From: Gekko japonicus
Lineage: Eukaryota
DNA: 64,000 bases
Assembly: GCF_001447785.1 (NCBI RefSeq)
Contig: NW_015172027.1
Span: 339,843 to 403,842, forward strand
Direction of reading: 5' to 3'
Below, in pieces: positions 50,729-62,540 of the stretch. The first letter of the stretch is position 1. Every line of letters starts with the position of its first letter. The translations under genes and the position numbers were made by a program. The notes below the pieces were generated by a model. The model was given only the letters and a program-made list of their open reading frames with translations. It did not search any database and was not told where the DNA came from.

Positions 50729-52660
50729 TTTTAGGTATTGAAGGCAGGAGACGATGGTCAAAATAAAAAGCTTAATTCAAACATTGCTCAGCTCAGGACT
50801 GCTCTGCATAGAGCGGCACTCAAACTTATACGATTCCAGTAGTGAACTATATACAATGTAACTATATACTGAAGGTCTGATTGGACCTAAGCAGAGTTCT
50901 GCAATTGGTTACCTTAGGTGGCTTCAGGACCAATTGATGGTCTTTATTAAACAGCCAATCATAATGATGGAACTAGGATACTAGAGGGCAATTCAAACAG
51001 CATAGAATAAACCCAGAACATAACACTCCTCCCCCCTTGGTTCAAACAAGATAGTCCTTAAGATAGGTGGGGGCGCGCCTCATTCGGCCAGATCGTCATG
51101 GTCGTGGCATACCTCTCGGAGAGTACCTTGGGGATGTCCATAATCCCAGTGACCCGGGGGTTCACCAACTCCGGTAAAGTCCTGACTGGGTTCAGAGTCA
51201 GGCGCCACAGTGCCCCGAGCAGGCAACAGTTCTCTGCAGCACACAAGTGGAAACAGATGAGGGGGAGTGACTGCCAGAGATGGCAACTACAGGCCCTTGA
51301 AGGGACGCATCTCCCGAGCACCAATAGTGCGCTGGGACAGGAGATCTCCCAGACAGGGAACAGGAACTGGGGGGCATTGCAAAACCTGGAGTGCATTGCA
51401 AAACCTCACCCAGGCAGGAAACAGGAACTGGCGTGCATTGCAAGGTCTCAGGAACTGGCATGCATTGCAAACTCTCACCTCTCACCAGCCACCGATGTCT
51501 GAGTTGGGCCAGGTGCTGGGGGCGGACTTGCCCTGCATCGTCCTGTCTCTACGAGCGTGCGCGGCCCCGCACCCGGCACACGCCCCCTTTTGCGGGCCTT
51601 TTTGAACCTGGCGCGGCTTCTGTTTGGCTCCTGTTTTGTATACTCCATCATCTGATTATTCTGCTTGGTCATCAGACGAGTTGGTGGTGGAGTCGTAGTA
51701 GACGGCATCGGTGCAGCATGACGTGTGACTCTGCGTGACCAATTTCAGCTCGCGAAGGGAAATGTTAGCGGCTTCCACTCTCAGTGCTTCTTCGAGTGCA
51801 GTTTTATATGTGGGTTTTGGTTTCAATAGAAGCGCTCACCTGATGCTGTCATCTCTGAGGCCACAGAGCAAACAGTCCATCAGGACGGAATCTAGGTTTG
51901 GAAACTTGCAGTCACGAGCAATCTTTCTTAGTGCGGCGACGTAGTCAGTGACAGACTCGCCCTCCTTTTGGCTTTTTTGGTGGAACACACATCGATGTAC
52001 AGTGGCAGACATCTTAGGCTTGAAATACTCATTGAGCTTTGTTTTGATTGTGCTGAGAGGCGTCCCCAGTAGTTTGGATGGAGCCACTAAGTTCCGAACA
52101 ATGTTGAACACTTCCTGGCCACAGGTACTCAAGAGAGTGGTGCAGCAGACATCGTCTCCTTCAATACTGTTTGCTACAAGGAAGCATTCAAAACGGTCGA
52201 GGTAGGATTCCCAGTTCCCAACTTTGGGGTCGAATGGTTTGATATGGCCCTCGGTTGCCATGCCCGTAATGATTTAGCTGTAGGCGCCCTAGTGATTCAG
52301 CGTGGGCAGGCAAAGAGTAAGTTCCCTGTTCAGTTAGTTCTGGGATCCCATCCTCATTGCAAGTTTTAGGTATTGAAGGCAGGAGACGATGGTCAAAATA
52401 AAAAGCTTTATTCAAACATTGCTCAGCTCACGACTGCTCTGCATAGAGCGGCACTCAAACTTATATGATTCCAGTAGTGAACTATATACAATGTAACTAT
52501 ATACCGAAGGTCTGATTGGACCTAAGCAGAGTTCTGTGACTGGTTACCTTAGGTGGCTTCAGGACCAATTGATGGTCTTTATTAGACAGCCAATCATAAT
52601 GATGGAACTAGGATACTAGAGGACAATTCAAATAGCATAGAATAACCCCAGAACATAACA
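50729..52660 (-). mobile_element. Non-autonomous Gypsy LTR element (gag remnant only) with 5-bp TSD
   Basis: 297-bp LTRs at 50729-51025 and 52364-52660; TSD GAAAG; decayed tRNA-Ser-type primer-binding site (CCCATCCTCATTGCAA) next to the 5' LTR; polypurine tract at 51026-51036; gag WESYLDRF...QKEGESVTDYVAALR. Confidence 0.92.
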
Positions 52661-52697
52661 GAAAGCGTTAATGGGAAATCCAAGCTGCTTCTTTTTT

Positions 52698-53145
52698 ATA
52701 ATAATAATATTTATTGCATTAGCAAAAAAGCCATAGCAACTGTACAGGATAAAATAAAATAAATTAAAAAAACAACAACATACACTTAAAAGGTCGACAG
52801 TTATCAGCAATAAACTAATTAAACTCAGGGAGATTTGTTTTCTTAATCACCGCAGCTAGAAAGGAAGCCACTATAGCCGTGGTTTGATTGTCAGGGAAGT
52901 TATCAGACAATAGCACTGAAACTACCCAAGGAAGGAGGGGAAGCTTTTCTTTTCTCATAACGGGAATGATGTATCTCTCTCTTTCCTTAGTCCACTTAGG
53001 ACAAAAAAGCATTATATGATCCATAGTTTCTATCATCTTTTGTCCACAATCGCAAACACGTTCCGAAAACGGAAGTCCCAAGAAACGACTAGAGAGCACC
53101 TTAGAGGGGAAGGAGTTGAGTCTCGCCAAGGTGAACGCTCTGCGT
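52698..53145 (-). mobile_element. 5'-truncated LINE 3' end (RTE-X-like) with 12-bp TSD; related fragment at ~57650-58130
   Basis: RRAFTLARL...ERVCDCG...HIMLFC C-terminal motif; TSD TGCTTCTTTTTT at 52686-52697 and 53146-53157. Confidence 0.7.
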
Positions 53146-53588
53146 TGCTTCTTTTTTGCTAGCCCCAAAGAAGGGTGGTGTGGCTCAGAGGTTCCTTGGC
53201 CTTCTCAGGACAGTTCCCTCCCCCTTGTGATGCCACCACCCACAGGTAAGTAAGCTGAGGAAAGCAGCAGAATTTGCCCTGAGTTGTGGGCCACAAGGTA
53301 GTGTGGGATGACCATCTGAGTTGGTGGTAGATAGGCAGAGGAAGGGCAATGGGGCTCCAGCCAGCAACTGACAAATCACCTCAGAAAGTCTCTTTGTTTG
53401 CAGGCCAGTTCCTGGTTCCACAAACTGACTTTAAAAAAAATAAGGTATTTTTAAAAAATTACCTCTAACGTGACCCAGAGGCATTAACACCAAATGTTAG
53501 CATTTTCTTTCTCTTTTAAAGGTTTATACTAAAAGGGGGTTTATACTAAAGGTTTATACTAAAAAGGTTTATACTAAAAGGCGGGAGA

Positions 53589-53642
53589 TGATCCATGGGG
53601 TCGCGAAGAGTCGGACTAGACTGTGCGACTGAACAACAACAA
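53589..53642 (+). mobile_element. BovB/RTE 3'-tail micro-insertion
   Basis: CCATGGGGTCGCGAAGAGTCGGAC...GACTGAACAACAACAA is near-identical to the 3' end of the element at 60848-60910. Confidence 0.8.
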
Positions 53643-55432
53643 CTAAAAGGGGAAAGAGAANNNNNNNNNNNNNNNNNNNNNNNNNNNNNNNNNNNNNNNN
53701 NNNNNNNNNNNNNNNNNNNNNNNNNNNNNNNNNNNNNNNNNNNNNNNNNNNNNNNNNNNNNNNNNNNNNNNNNNNNNNNNNNNNNNNNNNNNNNNNNNNN
53801 NNNNNNNNNNNNNNNNNNNNNNNNNNNNNNNNNNNNNNNNNNNNNNNNNNNNNNNNNNNNNNNNNNNNNNNNNNNNNNNNNNNNNNNNNNNNNNNNNNNN
53901 NNNNNNNNNNNNNNNNNNNNNNNNNNNNNNNNNNNNNNNNNNNNNNNNNNNNNNNNNNNNNNNNNNNNNNNNNNNNNNNNNNNNNNNNNNNNNNNNNNNN
54001 NNNNNNNNNNNNNNNNNNNNNNNNNNNNNNNNNNNNNNNNNNNNNNNNNNNNNNNNNNNNNNNNNNNNNNNNNNNNNNNNNNNNNNNNNNNNNNNNNNNN
54101 NNNNNNNNNNNNNNNNNNNNNNNNNNNNNNNNNNNNNNNNNNNNNNNNNNNNNNNNNNNNNNNNNNNNNNNNNNNNNNNNNNNNNNNNNNNNNNNNNNNN
54201 NNNNNNNNNNNNNNNNNNNNNNNNNNNNNNNNNNNNNNNNNNNNNNNNNNNNNNNNNNNNNNNNNNNNNNNNNNNNNNNNNNNNNNNNNNNNNNNNNNNN
54301 NNNNNNNNNNNNNNNNNNNNNNNNNNNNNNNNNNNNNNNNNNNNNNNNNNNNNNNNNNNNNNNNNNNNNNNNNNNNNNNNNNNNNNNNNNNNNNNNNNNN
54401 NNNNNNNNNNNNNNNNNNNNNNNNNNNNNNNNNNNNNNNNNNNNNNNNNNNNNNNNNNNNNNNNNNNNNNNNNNNNNNNNNNNNNNNNNNNNNNNNNNNN
54501 CCGAGAAGACCCTTCCAATCTGCAGAGCTGAGGCCTGAAGGCATGGCTGTGCAGGCAGCTGAATAGAGTGGCAAAATGAATTATAACCATTCAGAATGAT
54601 TTCTCAGTGACATATTCTCTTTTTTCTCCCATGGCTCTAATGTCATTGATATGATTTTCTAGAGAACTTCATATCATTTAGTCAATTTTAATATCAGAAA
54701 ACGACTTGAATTTTTAAAATTGAGAGTGCAGTGTTTATTAATATAGTAGAGTGGATCCTGTCTGAGTGGTGCTAGGTGAAGGGGGACCTTCCCAAATTCT
54801 GCTACAGCTTCTTTGCCCTTGTGGGGGGGGGACTGTACACCCCCAAGGAATAGTATCAGGGTGAAGTGGAGTCCGCATTAAGAAGGGGGGGGGAGAATGC
54901 CCCCCCTCATCTTCTGGAGGTGGAAATGCCTGCTGCAAGCAAAACAACAGAAACTTTTGATGCAAGGCATTATGTAAATACGTTTTATTTTTTTTCTTAC
55001 TCAAAGGATTGTATGGCAATGCCAAAAGTGTCTTTAAAAAGTATTTTCATTTCAACATACAATTTAATGGACATAATGAAAATGGTAATTTGTATGCACA
55101 AAGAACTGAAAAAATCCCAATGGAATATATTGACTGCAGATATTACAGTGGAAGGGGGGGGGGAGGTCTAACCTCCTACTTCATCGCAGGTTCTACAGAA
55201 AAATGGGCCATCCATTGGACTCATTCAAAGTTTTATTTTTCTTCTCCTTTAGTATTTAGCATGTGTAGTGCAAACCAAAAAAGGAGGGGGGACAAACAAT
55301 TTGTGCTCAGGAACCCACCCTACCTGAAGTTCCCTTTGGATTTTTTCCCTATAATCTTTACAAGCATAAAGACAAAAACATACAAAAAATGTGGTTATGA
55401 ATACTTCTAAGTAACGACACTCTCCTTCTCAG

Positions 55433-55534
55433 CCCAGAGTTTTTGGTGCTATGACTACTGTACCGGTGTTCCATGCAAGCCTTTTTACTGCTACGCTTGT
55501 GGAGGGGAGCAGTGCTTCACACAAACATGGGAAG
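55433..55534 (+). CDS. Three-finger (Ly6/uPAR) gene 2, first LU-domain exon (gene incomplete in window)
   Basis: CTCTCCTTCTCAG acceptor; 102 nt, phase 1-1; (A)QSFWCYDYCTGVPCKPFYCYACGGEQCFTQTWE(G); donor GTAAGA. Same CAG|CCCA start as the gene 1 exon. Confidence 0.75.
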
Positions 55535-58500
55535 GTAAGACCCAGAAAGCTCCAACGGCAGGGCTAGTATATATCTCTCCCTTATTATAATTGAATAGCA
55601 ACGTTCTATATTAAACATTCTAAATTTGGCCCCTTTAGTGTTTGGCCGGAAGAACTGTCAGTCAGAAGACGCTGGCTGGGTTGACTGGCTGCTTTGTGCA
55701 GTCCCGCCCAGCATTTCAAGGTCTTTTGCATATGGAAGCTGATTGGACTTCACTCCATTCCACACCTCAAACTCCCCCCCCCGGCAAGGCAGTTGGAATT
55801 TTCAGTTGCATAGACAGATACAATGCCATACTCCCCACCCTACTGTATTCTGAGGTAAAATATGTCCTCACTCAGAACACATCACTTCCCCTTCAAAAGA
55901 AACAAACCCAATAACACAATCATGCCACACCACAAAGACAACAGATCACACCACAAGCAGAATACCACAAGGCAAAAAATGATAGGAAAAGGTGCCAGCA
56001 GTCACCCCATTACTGCCACAGAGAGCGCTTCAGAGGATGGTGTGCAGGTCCCAGGTTCATGTTTTAAAAGCAGCCTGGGGAATTATGGACCATTCACACA
56101 CTTTCAACCTTAACATACCTCATAGAGTAGTTGTGTGGATCATATGAGGGAGAGGAGAATGATGTCAGCTGCTTTGGTTCCCACTGCAGGGAAAGACTGC
56201 CCTTTCTGAGGCTGGGCGAGGGGAATGTAAACCTGAAGACAGACAAGCAGATAACGGTAGGCTGATGGTTGCCTGGAAAGGACATAGGGTTGCCAACTCC
56301 AGGTTGGAAACTTCCAGGATATTTTGGGGATGAAGCCTGCTGAGGGTGGGGTCAGAGGAGGAGGAGGAAGAGGGGGACCTCAGACAGATACAATGCCATA
56401 CTCCCCACCCTCCAAACAAGCTGTTGCCAGTCTCCAGGTGACAGCTGGAGAGCTCTTAAAGCTCTGGTGCTAATTCAAAGTGTTGCAATTTTGTGTTTTG
56501 GAAAATCTTTAGGAATTGTTTGGTGCATTTACGATGGGGCACCCACCCAGAGCCTCTGGCATTTTCTCACTCTGCTGGCATCAAAACCAATTTAAGGCAA
56601 AATACAGATATGGAGACACTTCAATCCTCCTTTGCATCAATTTGTCTTTGTTGGCAATGGCAACCCTAGGCCTGCAAGCACTCTCAGGGTGACTTCATGC
56701 CTCCAGACTGGCATGGCATCACTAGCCCTGGCTGCCTATGGAAGCTGCCTGGGTGATTTCGGAGCAGCCACAGACTTTCTGCCAAACCTACCTTACAGTG
56801 TTGTTGTGCAGATCGCAAAGCCGAAGAGAATGAAGTAAGCTGCTTTGCTCCCCCGATAATGAGAAAGACAGATTTTTGCCTAGAAAGAGGCTGCTGAGAG
56901 GGGAGGAGATAAAGTTGCCAGCTTCAGGTATGGTAATTCCTGGAGATTTGAGGAGTGGAGCCCGGAGAGGGGGACCTCAGACAGGTACAGTGCCATAGAC
57001 TCCACCCTCCAAACCAGCCATTTGCTTCTGGGGAACTATTGCTGCCAATCTTGGCCCAGCAGCCATCAAACCATTCTCTTCAACCCCCTGCTGTGCAGCT
57101 GACTTTTCCCTAGGCTTTTCCCTAGGCTTCAATAGAAGTGTGTAACTGTTCTTAGGGTTACTTTGGTTCAGCCCTTCCAACTTGAGAAAGGGAAATGCAT
57201 TTTTGCTATGGATACAGAATTAAAAATGTGAAGCACTTTCATTAGTTTGATGAGGTGTTGTTGCTGTATATTTATTTTATGCACTCATTTAAGTTGAACA
57301 CAAACTTGAAGCAACAAACTGAACTTGTCAAAATTCCCACTGTGGTTACAAACATAAACAAAGGGGAAAGAGACTGACATAGAGACCAAGTAGGAGCAAG
57401 TGAAATACTAGGAGTCATGAAACTAAATGTTTTCATTAGCAGCATCAATATTAACCTTTCCAATAACTCAGGTCAAATCCAATCATTCTAGAAGATGGGG
57501 AAAGCAAAATTTAATCACACTCCACATTATGTTAGTTTTTACAGGACTAAATATGGAGGTAATTGGCCATCTCTCCCGATAGTTAACGAGTATATATAGC
57601 CACTGGGGGATGTTTATTATTATTATTATTGTTGTTGTTGTTGTTATGGCTCATGGCCAGCATAGATGAAACAAACTAGTTTACATGAAATACAGAAAGT
57701 GCACAGCCATTCGTATGGGAATACTATAGTAAAATGTACAAAGACTTAAGAAAGAAGTATTTAAAATAAGTAGGGAACTTATAATATTCTTGAGGGGGAA
57801 AATGCAAAGTCTAGGGGACATTTATATCACTCCTTTATGTAATCTTTGCAGATTCTAGAGGCTGCATCCCAAAATCTGGAGCAAGCAAGTGTAACTTGAG
57901 GATTAGAACCCGCCAAAAGTATATTCCTTAGTTCAGAATCCAGGAGGCCCATAAATTTCGCCAGTATAGGTTGAATAAATCTGGCTCGTATTTCTTTCTA
58001 GAGACGACACCCAAGCAAAGTATAATTTGATTGTTTCTACTTTCCTATGCCACATGGACAAACACGCTCAGCCATAGGCACCTTTTTTGTAACGACCCTC
58101 TATAATTGCAGAAGGGAAAGTGTTACGGCAGGGTTAGTTGGATCCACTAGGCCAGCCAAGGCAATCACCTCAGGTGCCTGAGCTAGAGAGGCACCAAAAA
58201 GTCTGTACTGAGTGGAGGGGGTACTGCCTTAGACTGAGTCAGATCATTGGGCTATCTTGCCCAGAACTGCCAACAACCTGAAGAAAAAATCTCGGGTACT
58301 TTTTAAGAAGATGAGTGTCTCTGTCTTTATGTTGAATCTGGAGTGGGTTTGCCAAAGTCATAGGGTACAAAAAACCCCAGGGAACAAAAAAGCTTTGCCC
58401 CTTCTCTGTCCCATGAGAATTAAAAAACAAACAAACAACCTTTGTCTCCCCTGCCCCTGGTTATACAGGCCATCTTTTCAATAACCATCTATACAGACAT

Positions 58501-58639
58501 TAGACCTAAGGCAAGAAGAAAATGTCTCCATCTTCATGCTGAAAGACAAGTTTGCACTATTGGCAGGCTTACCAGCTGGGCAGGAGAAAATCTATCCTGT
58601 CCCTTTTAATAGGGAAGAAATGCCTGGAAGTGGGCAGCT

Positions 58640-59830
58640 GAAGCTGCTGGGAGATTTGGGCTGAGCTGCCACCAATATGCAGATGACCCTCAGCTCTATG
58701 CCATTCTACCAGCATATCCCAGGGAGGCTTTGGAAACCATGAATGGGTGCCTGGAAGCAGTTTTGTGATGGATGAGGACTCATAAACTGAAGCTTAATCC
58801 CAAGAAAACAGAGGTGCTAGTGGTGGTGGGAAGGTCTGATCTGGAAAATGGGTTTCTGATCTGGTCTGATCTGGAAAATGGGTTTCTGATCTGGTCTGAT
58901 CTGGAAAATGGGTTTCTGAATGAGGTTCCAAGCTCCCTAAAGGAGCAGGTTTGTAGCTTGGGGGTGGTCCTGGACCTAGGCCTCCTGTTGGACAAAACTG
59001 GTAAGCCAGCTACAGCCCTTCCTGGATGGAAAAGATCTTGCCACTGTGGTGCATGCCTGGTAGCATCTAGATTAGATTACTGCAATGTGTTCTAGATAGG
59101 GCTGCCATTGAAGACAGTGCTGAGGCTACAGTTGGTGCAGAAGGCTGAAGCTAGAGTGTTGACCAGTGTTCCCTCTAAGCTGAGTTAGTGTGAGCTAGCT
59201 CACAGTTTTTTAGCCTCTGGCTCACACATTTTTGTCTTCGCTCAGGAAGAAGGGCAACAGAGCAAACTAATTTATACAGCAGCCAAATCGCTCGCTCACA
59301 GCTTTAATGCCAATAGCTCACAAAGTAGAATTTTCACTCACAAGACTCCACAACTTAGAGGGAACATTGGTGTTGACTGGAGTGGGTCATAGAGATCATG
59401 TCATTCGAATCTTTTTCCATCTACACGGGCATTCAAATTGCTTTCAGGCTCAATTCAAGTTTTGACCTTTGAAGCGCTGTATAGCCTGGGACCAACATAC
59501 CTTAAGGACCACCTTCTCCATATAAACTATCCTACTCACTCTGGTCATCCCTGGAGGCTCCCCTCTCTGCCGTCTGTGGCTAGATGGGTGGCAGACCAAG
59601 AAAGCTCTTTATCCATCGTGGCACCAAAAATTTGGAATTTCATCTCCAAGGTGATTTGTTTATCACTATCAGTGTGAAAACCTTTTTGTTTCGTCTGGCA
59701 TACCCCCAATAACTTATATTGACTCTCCTTCTAGTGTTGTTTGTTTATGTGTTTTGAATTGAATATTATAATGCTAACTGAATTTTAAATTGTTTAAATG
59801 TTTATTGTTCCTTATGTTCGCTGCCTACTA
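58640..59830 (+). mobile_element. L2-type LINE 3' fragment with an internal 3x ~30-bp tandem repeat (58833-58919)
   Basis: HQYADD, KLKLNPKKTE, SRLDYCN; GGTCTGATCTGGAAAATGGGTTTCTGA three times. Confidence 0.8.
59164..59369. mobile_element. hAT MITE with 8-bp TSD
   Basis: TIRs CAGTGTTCCCTCTAAG / CTTAGAGGGAACATTG; TSD GTGTTGAC at 59156-59163 and 59370-59377. Confidence 0.9.
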
Positions 59831-60847
59831 AAGATGAGGGGGGACTTCAAAAGAGGAAGCTGGCTTGGCAGTCAGGCCCCCTCTGCTCCCTCCATCCTGC
59901 CTTTGGCGTGGTGGGGCTGAGCTGGGGCATGTAGCCTGTCTCTGCCTCCCTTCTTGGGGGGGGGGGCGATGGGCAATATGGGCCAGGGGCTGGGAGGCTT
60001 TACCAGGCTTCTTTTCTGTCCCAGTCCACCCCCGGCCAGAATACTATCTTATAGGCCATTTCAAACATTTTAAACCAAAGAATCTGTTCCTGCTTCACTC
60101 CCAACTTCTCCTGGGAACCATTCACAGCCTTGATCAAGGCCTTGAAAAGTAGTCATTGTGGGAGACAGGAGTCTCATTTATCATTTTTCTTTGTGGGACT
60201 ATCTTGTTTGTGACAGGGTTATTGTTTGTACTGGTTTGACCAACCCGGGTTAGGGAACGTCTGGCACAAGGCACACACCTAACTCAGTTCATGCTTCTTT
60301 TAATGAGTTGACAGTCCCTGACAAGTGACCACTTGAATCCCTGTCCTAATTGTATGTCTATTGCTTACATTTCTTGATGTCCAGAACTTTTGCTTCTAAA
60401 GAATTCAGATGATCATTTCAGTCAATTTTTCTCCAGTGTGGGTGCTGATGGGGGGGAAAAAAGCACATAAACATCCCTCCTTTACTTCTCCATTCTCTCA
60501 GCACCCAAAAAAGATGCAGACATGATCTCTGGAGAGATGTCTGGTGTAAATAAAAGGCTAAAAAGAAATTAGTTTCTTGAATGCTTTTCTTATGACGTCT
60601 ATTCCCCATTAGCACAATCGGTCTCCCAGACCTGTGAAGGAATGTATGAATAATGGCCTTTCCTTCCTCCCCTCCCTCAGATCCTCCTAGACTGGCAAAT
60701 GAAATGGAGGACCAATTTCTACGTTTCAGTGGTAAGTTTCATTGCTGGGGGAATATGAAAGTTTTTAGCACAGACTCAAAGTCCTTTTTCTGCAAAAAAA
60801 AGAAACATCTGATTTTTTTGCACATTCGGCACTTAAACCCTTCATCT

Positions 60848-62540
60848 GTTGTTGTTGTTGTTGTTGTTCAGTCGCACACTCGAGTCCGACTCTTCGCGAC
60901 CCCATGGACCAGATCCCGCCAGGCCCTCCTGTCTTCCGCTGTCCTCTGAAGTTTGCTCAATTTCATGTTCGTTGCATCGATGACACTGTCTAACCATCTC
61001 ATCCTTTGCCGTCCCCGTCTTCTTTGACCTTCGATCTTTCCCAGCATCAGGGTCTTCTCCAGTGAGTGCTCCCTTCTCATTTGGTGGCCAAAGTATTTGA
61101 GCTTCAGTTTCATTATCTGGCCTTCCAGGGAACAGTCAGGGTTGATTTCTTTGAGGATTGACTGATTTGTTCTTCTTGCAGTCCAAGGGACTCTCAAGAG
61201 TCTCCTCCAGCACCATAGTTCAAAAGAATCTATTCTTCGGCGCTCGGCCTTCCTTATAGTCCAACTCTCACAGCCATACATGACTACTGGGAATACCATT
61301 GCTTTGACCATGCGGACTTTTGTTGGCAGGGTGATGTCTCTACTTTTTATCATGCTGTTTAGGTTCGCCATCGCTTTCCTCCCAAGGAGCAGGCGTCTTT
61401 TAATTTCATGACTGCTGTCACAGTCTGCGGTGATCTGGGATCCCAGGAACGTGAAGTCTGTCACCACTTCCACGACTTCCCCTTCTATTTGCCAAGGAGT
61501 GATGGGGCCGGATGCCATGATCTTAGTTTTTTTGATGTTGAGCTTCAAGCCCACTTTTGCGCTCTCCTCTTTTACCCTGAGCAAGAGGCTCTTTAGGTCC
61601 TCTTCACTTTCTGCCATTAGAGTGGTATCGTCTGCATATCTGAGGTTGTTGATCTTTTCCCCAGCAATCTTAATTCCCGCTTGTGATTCATCCAGGCCAG
61701 CATTTCGCATGATGTACTCTGCATATATATTAAATAAGCAAGGTGACAATATACATCCTTGTCGTACTCCTTTTCCTATGCTGAACCAATCAGTTGTTCC
61801 ATATCCGGTTCTAACTGTCGCTTCTTGGCCCTTATACAGGTTTCTCAAGAGACATGTGAGGTGGTCTGGTCCTCCCATCTCTTTAAGGCCCTGCCATAGT
61901 TTGTTGTGATCCACACAGTCAAAAGCTTTAGCATAGTCAATGAAGCAGAAGTAGATATTTTTCTGGTACTCTCTTGCTTTCTCCATAATCCAGCGAATGT
62001 TGGCAATTTGATCTCTAGTTCCTCTACCTCTTCGAAACCCAGCTTGTACTTCTGGTAGTTCTCTATCCACGTACTGTTGAAGCCTAGCTTGTAGGATCTT
62101 GAGCATGACCTTGCTAGCGTGTGATATGAGTGCAATTGTGCGATAGTTTGAACATTCCTTGGCATTGCCCTTCTTTGGGATTGGAATGTATACTGATCTT
62201 TTCCAATCCTGTGGCCACTGTTGCGTTTTCCAAATTTGCTGGCAAATGGAGTGCAGAACTTTAACAGCATCATCTTCTAAGACTTTGAATAGCTCAGCTG
62301 GAATACCATCACCTCCACTAGCTTTGTTGTTAGCAATGCTTTCTAAGGCCCATTTAACTTCACATTCCAGGATGTCTGGCTCGAGGTCAGTGATTATACC
62401 CCTCTTCTGCATCAGTGGTTGGGGCATAGACTTGGATTACTGTGATGTTGAATGGTTTGCCTTGGAATTGGACAGAAATCATTCTGTCATTTTTGAGATT
62501 GTATCTCAGTACTGACTTTTGCACTCTCTTGTTGACTATA
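60848..62540 (-). mobile_element. BovB/RTE LINE, 5'-truncated, internally deleted, 14-bp TSD
   Basis: Open RT frame of ~510 codons (NYRTIALISHASK, RQGCILSP, YADD, LHGVAKS-type end); (CAA)n tail; TSD TAAACCCTTCATCT at 60834-60847 and 62541-62554; 62400-62540 is an endonuclease piece (NITVIQVYAPTT). Confidence 0.95.

Noticed and set aside
53521-53582. Short spaced repeats (also 51360-51470 and 58833-58919) as a CRISPR-like array
   Set aside because: Eukaryotic context, no unique spacers, no cas genes; simple tandem duplications.
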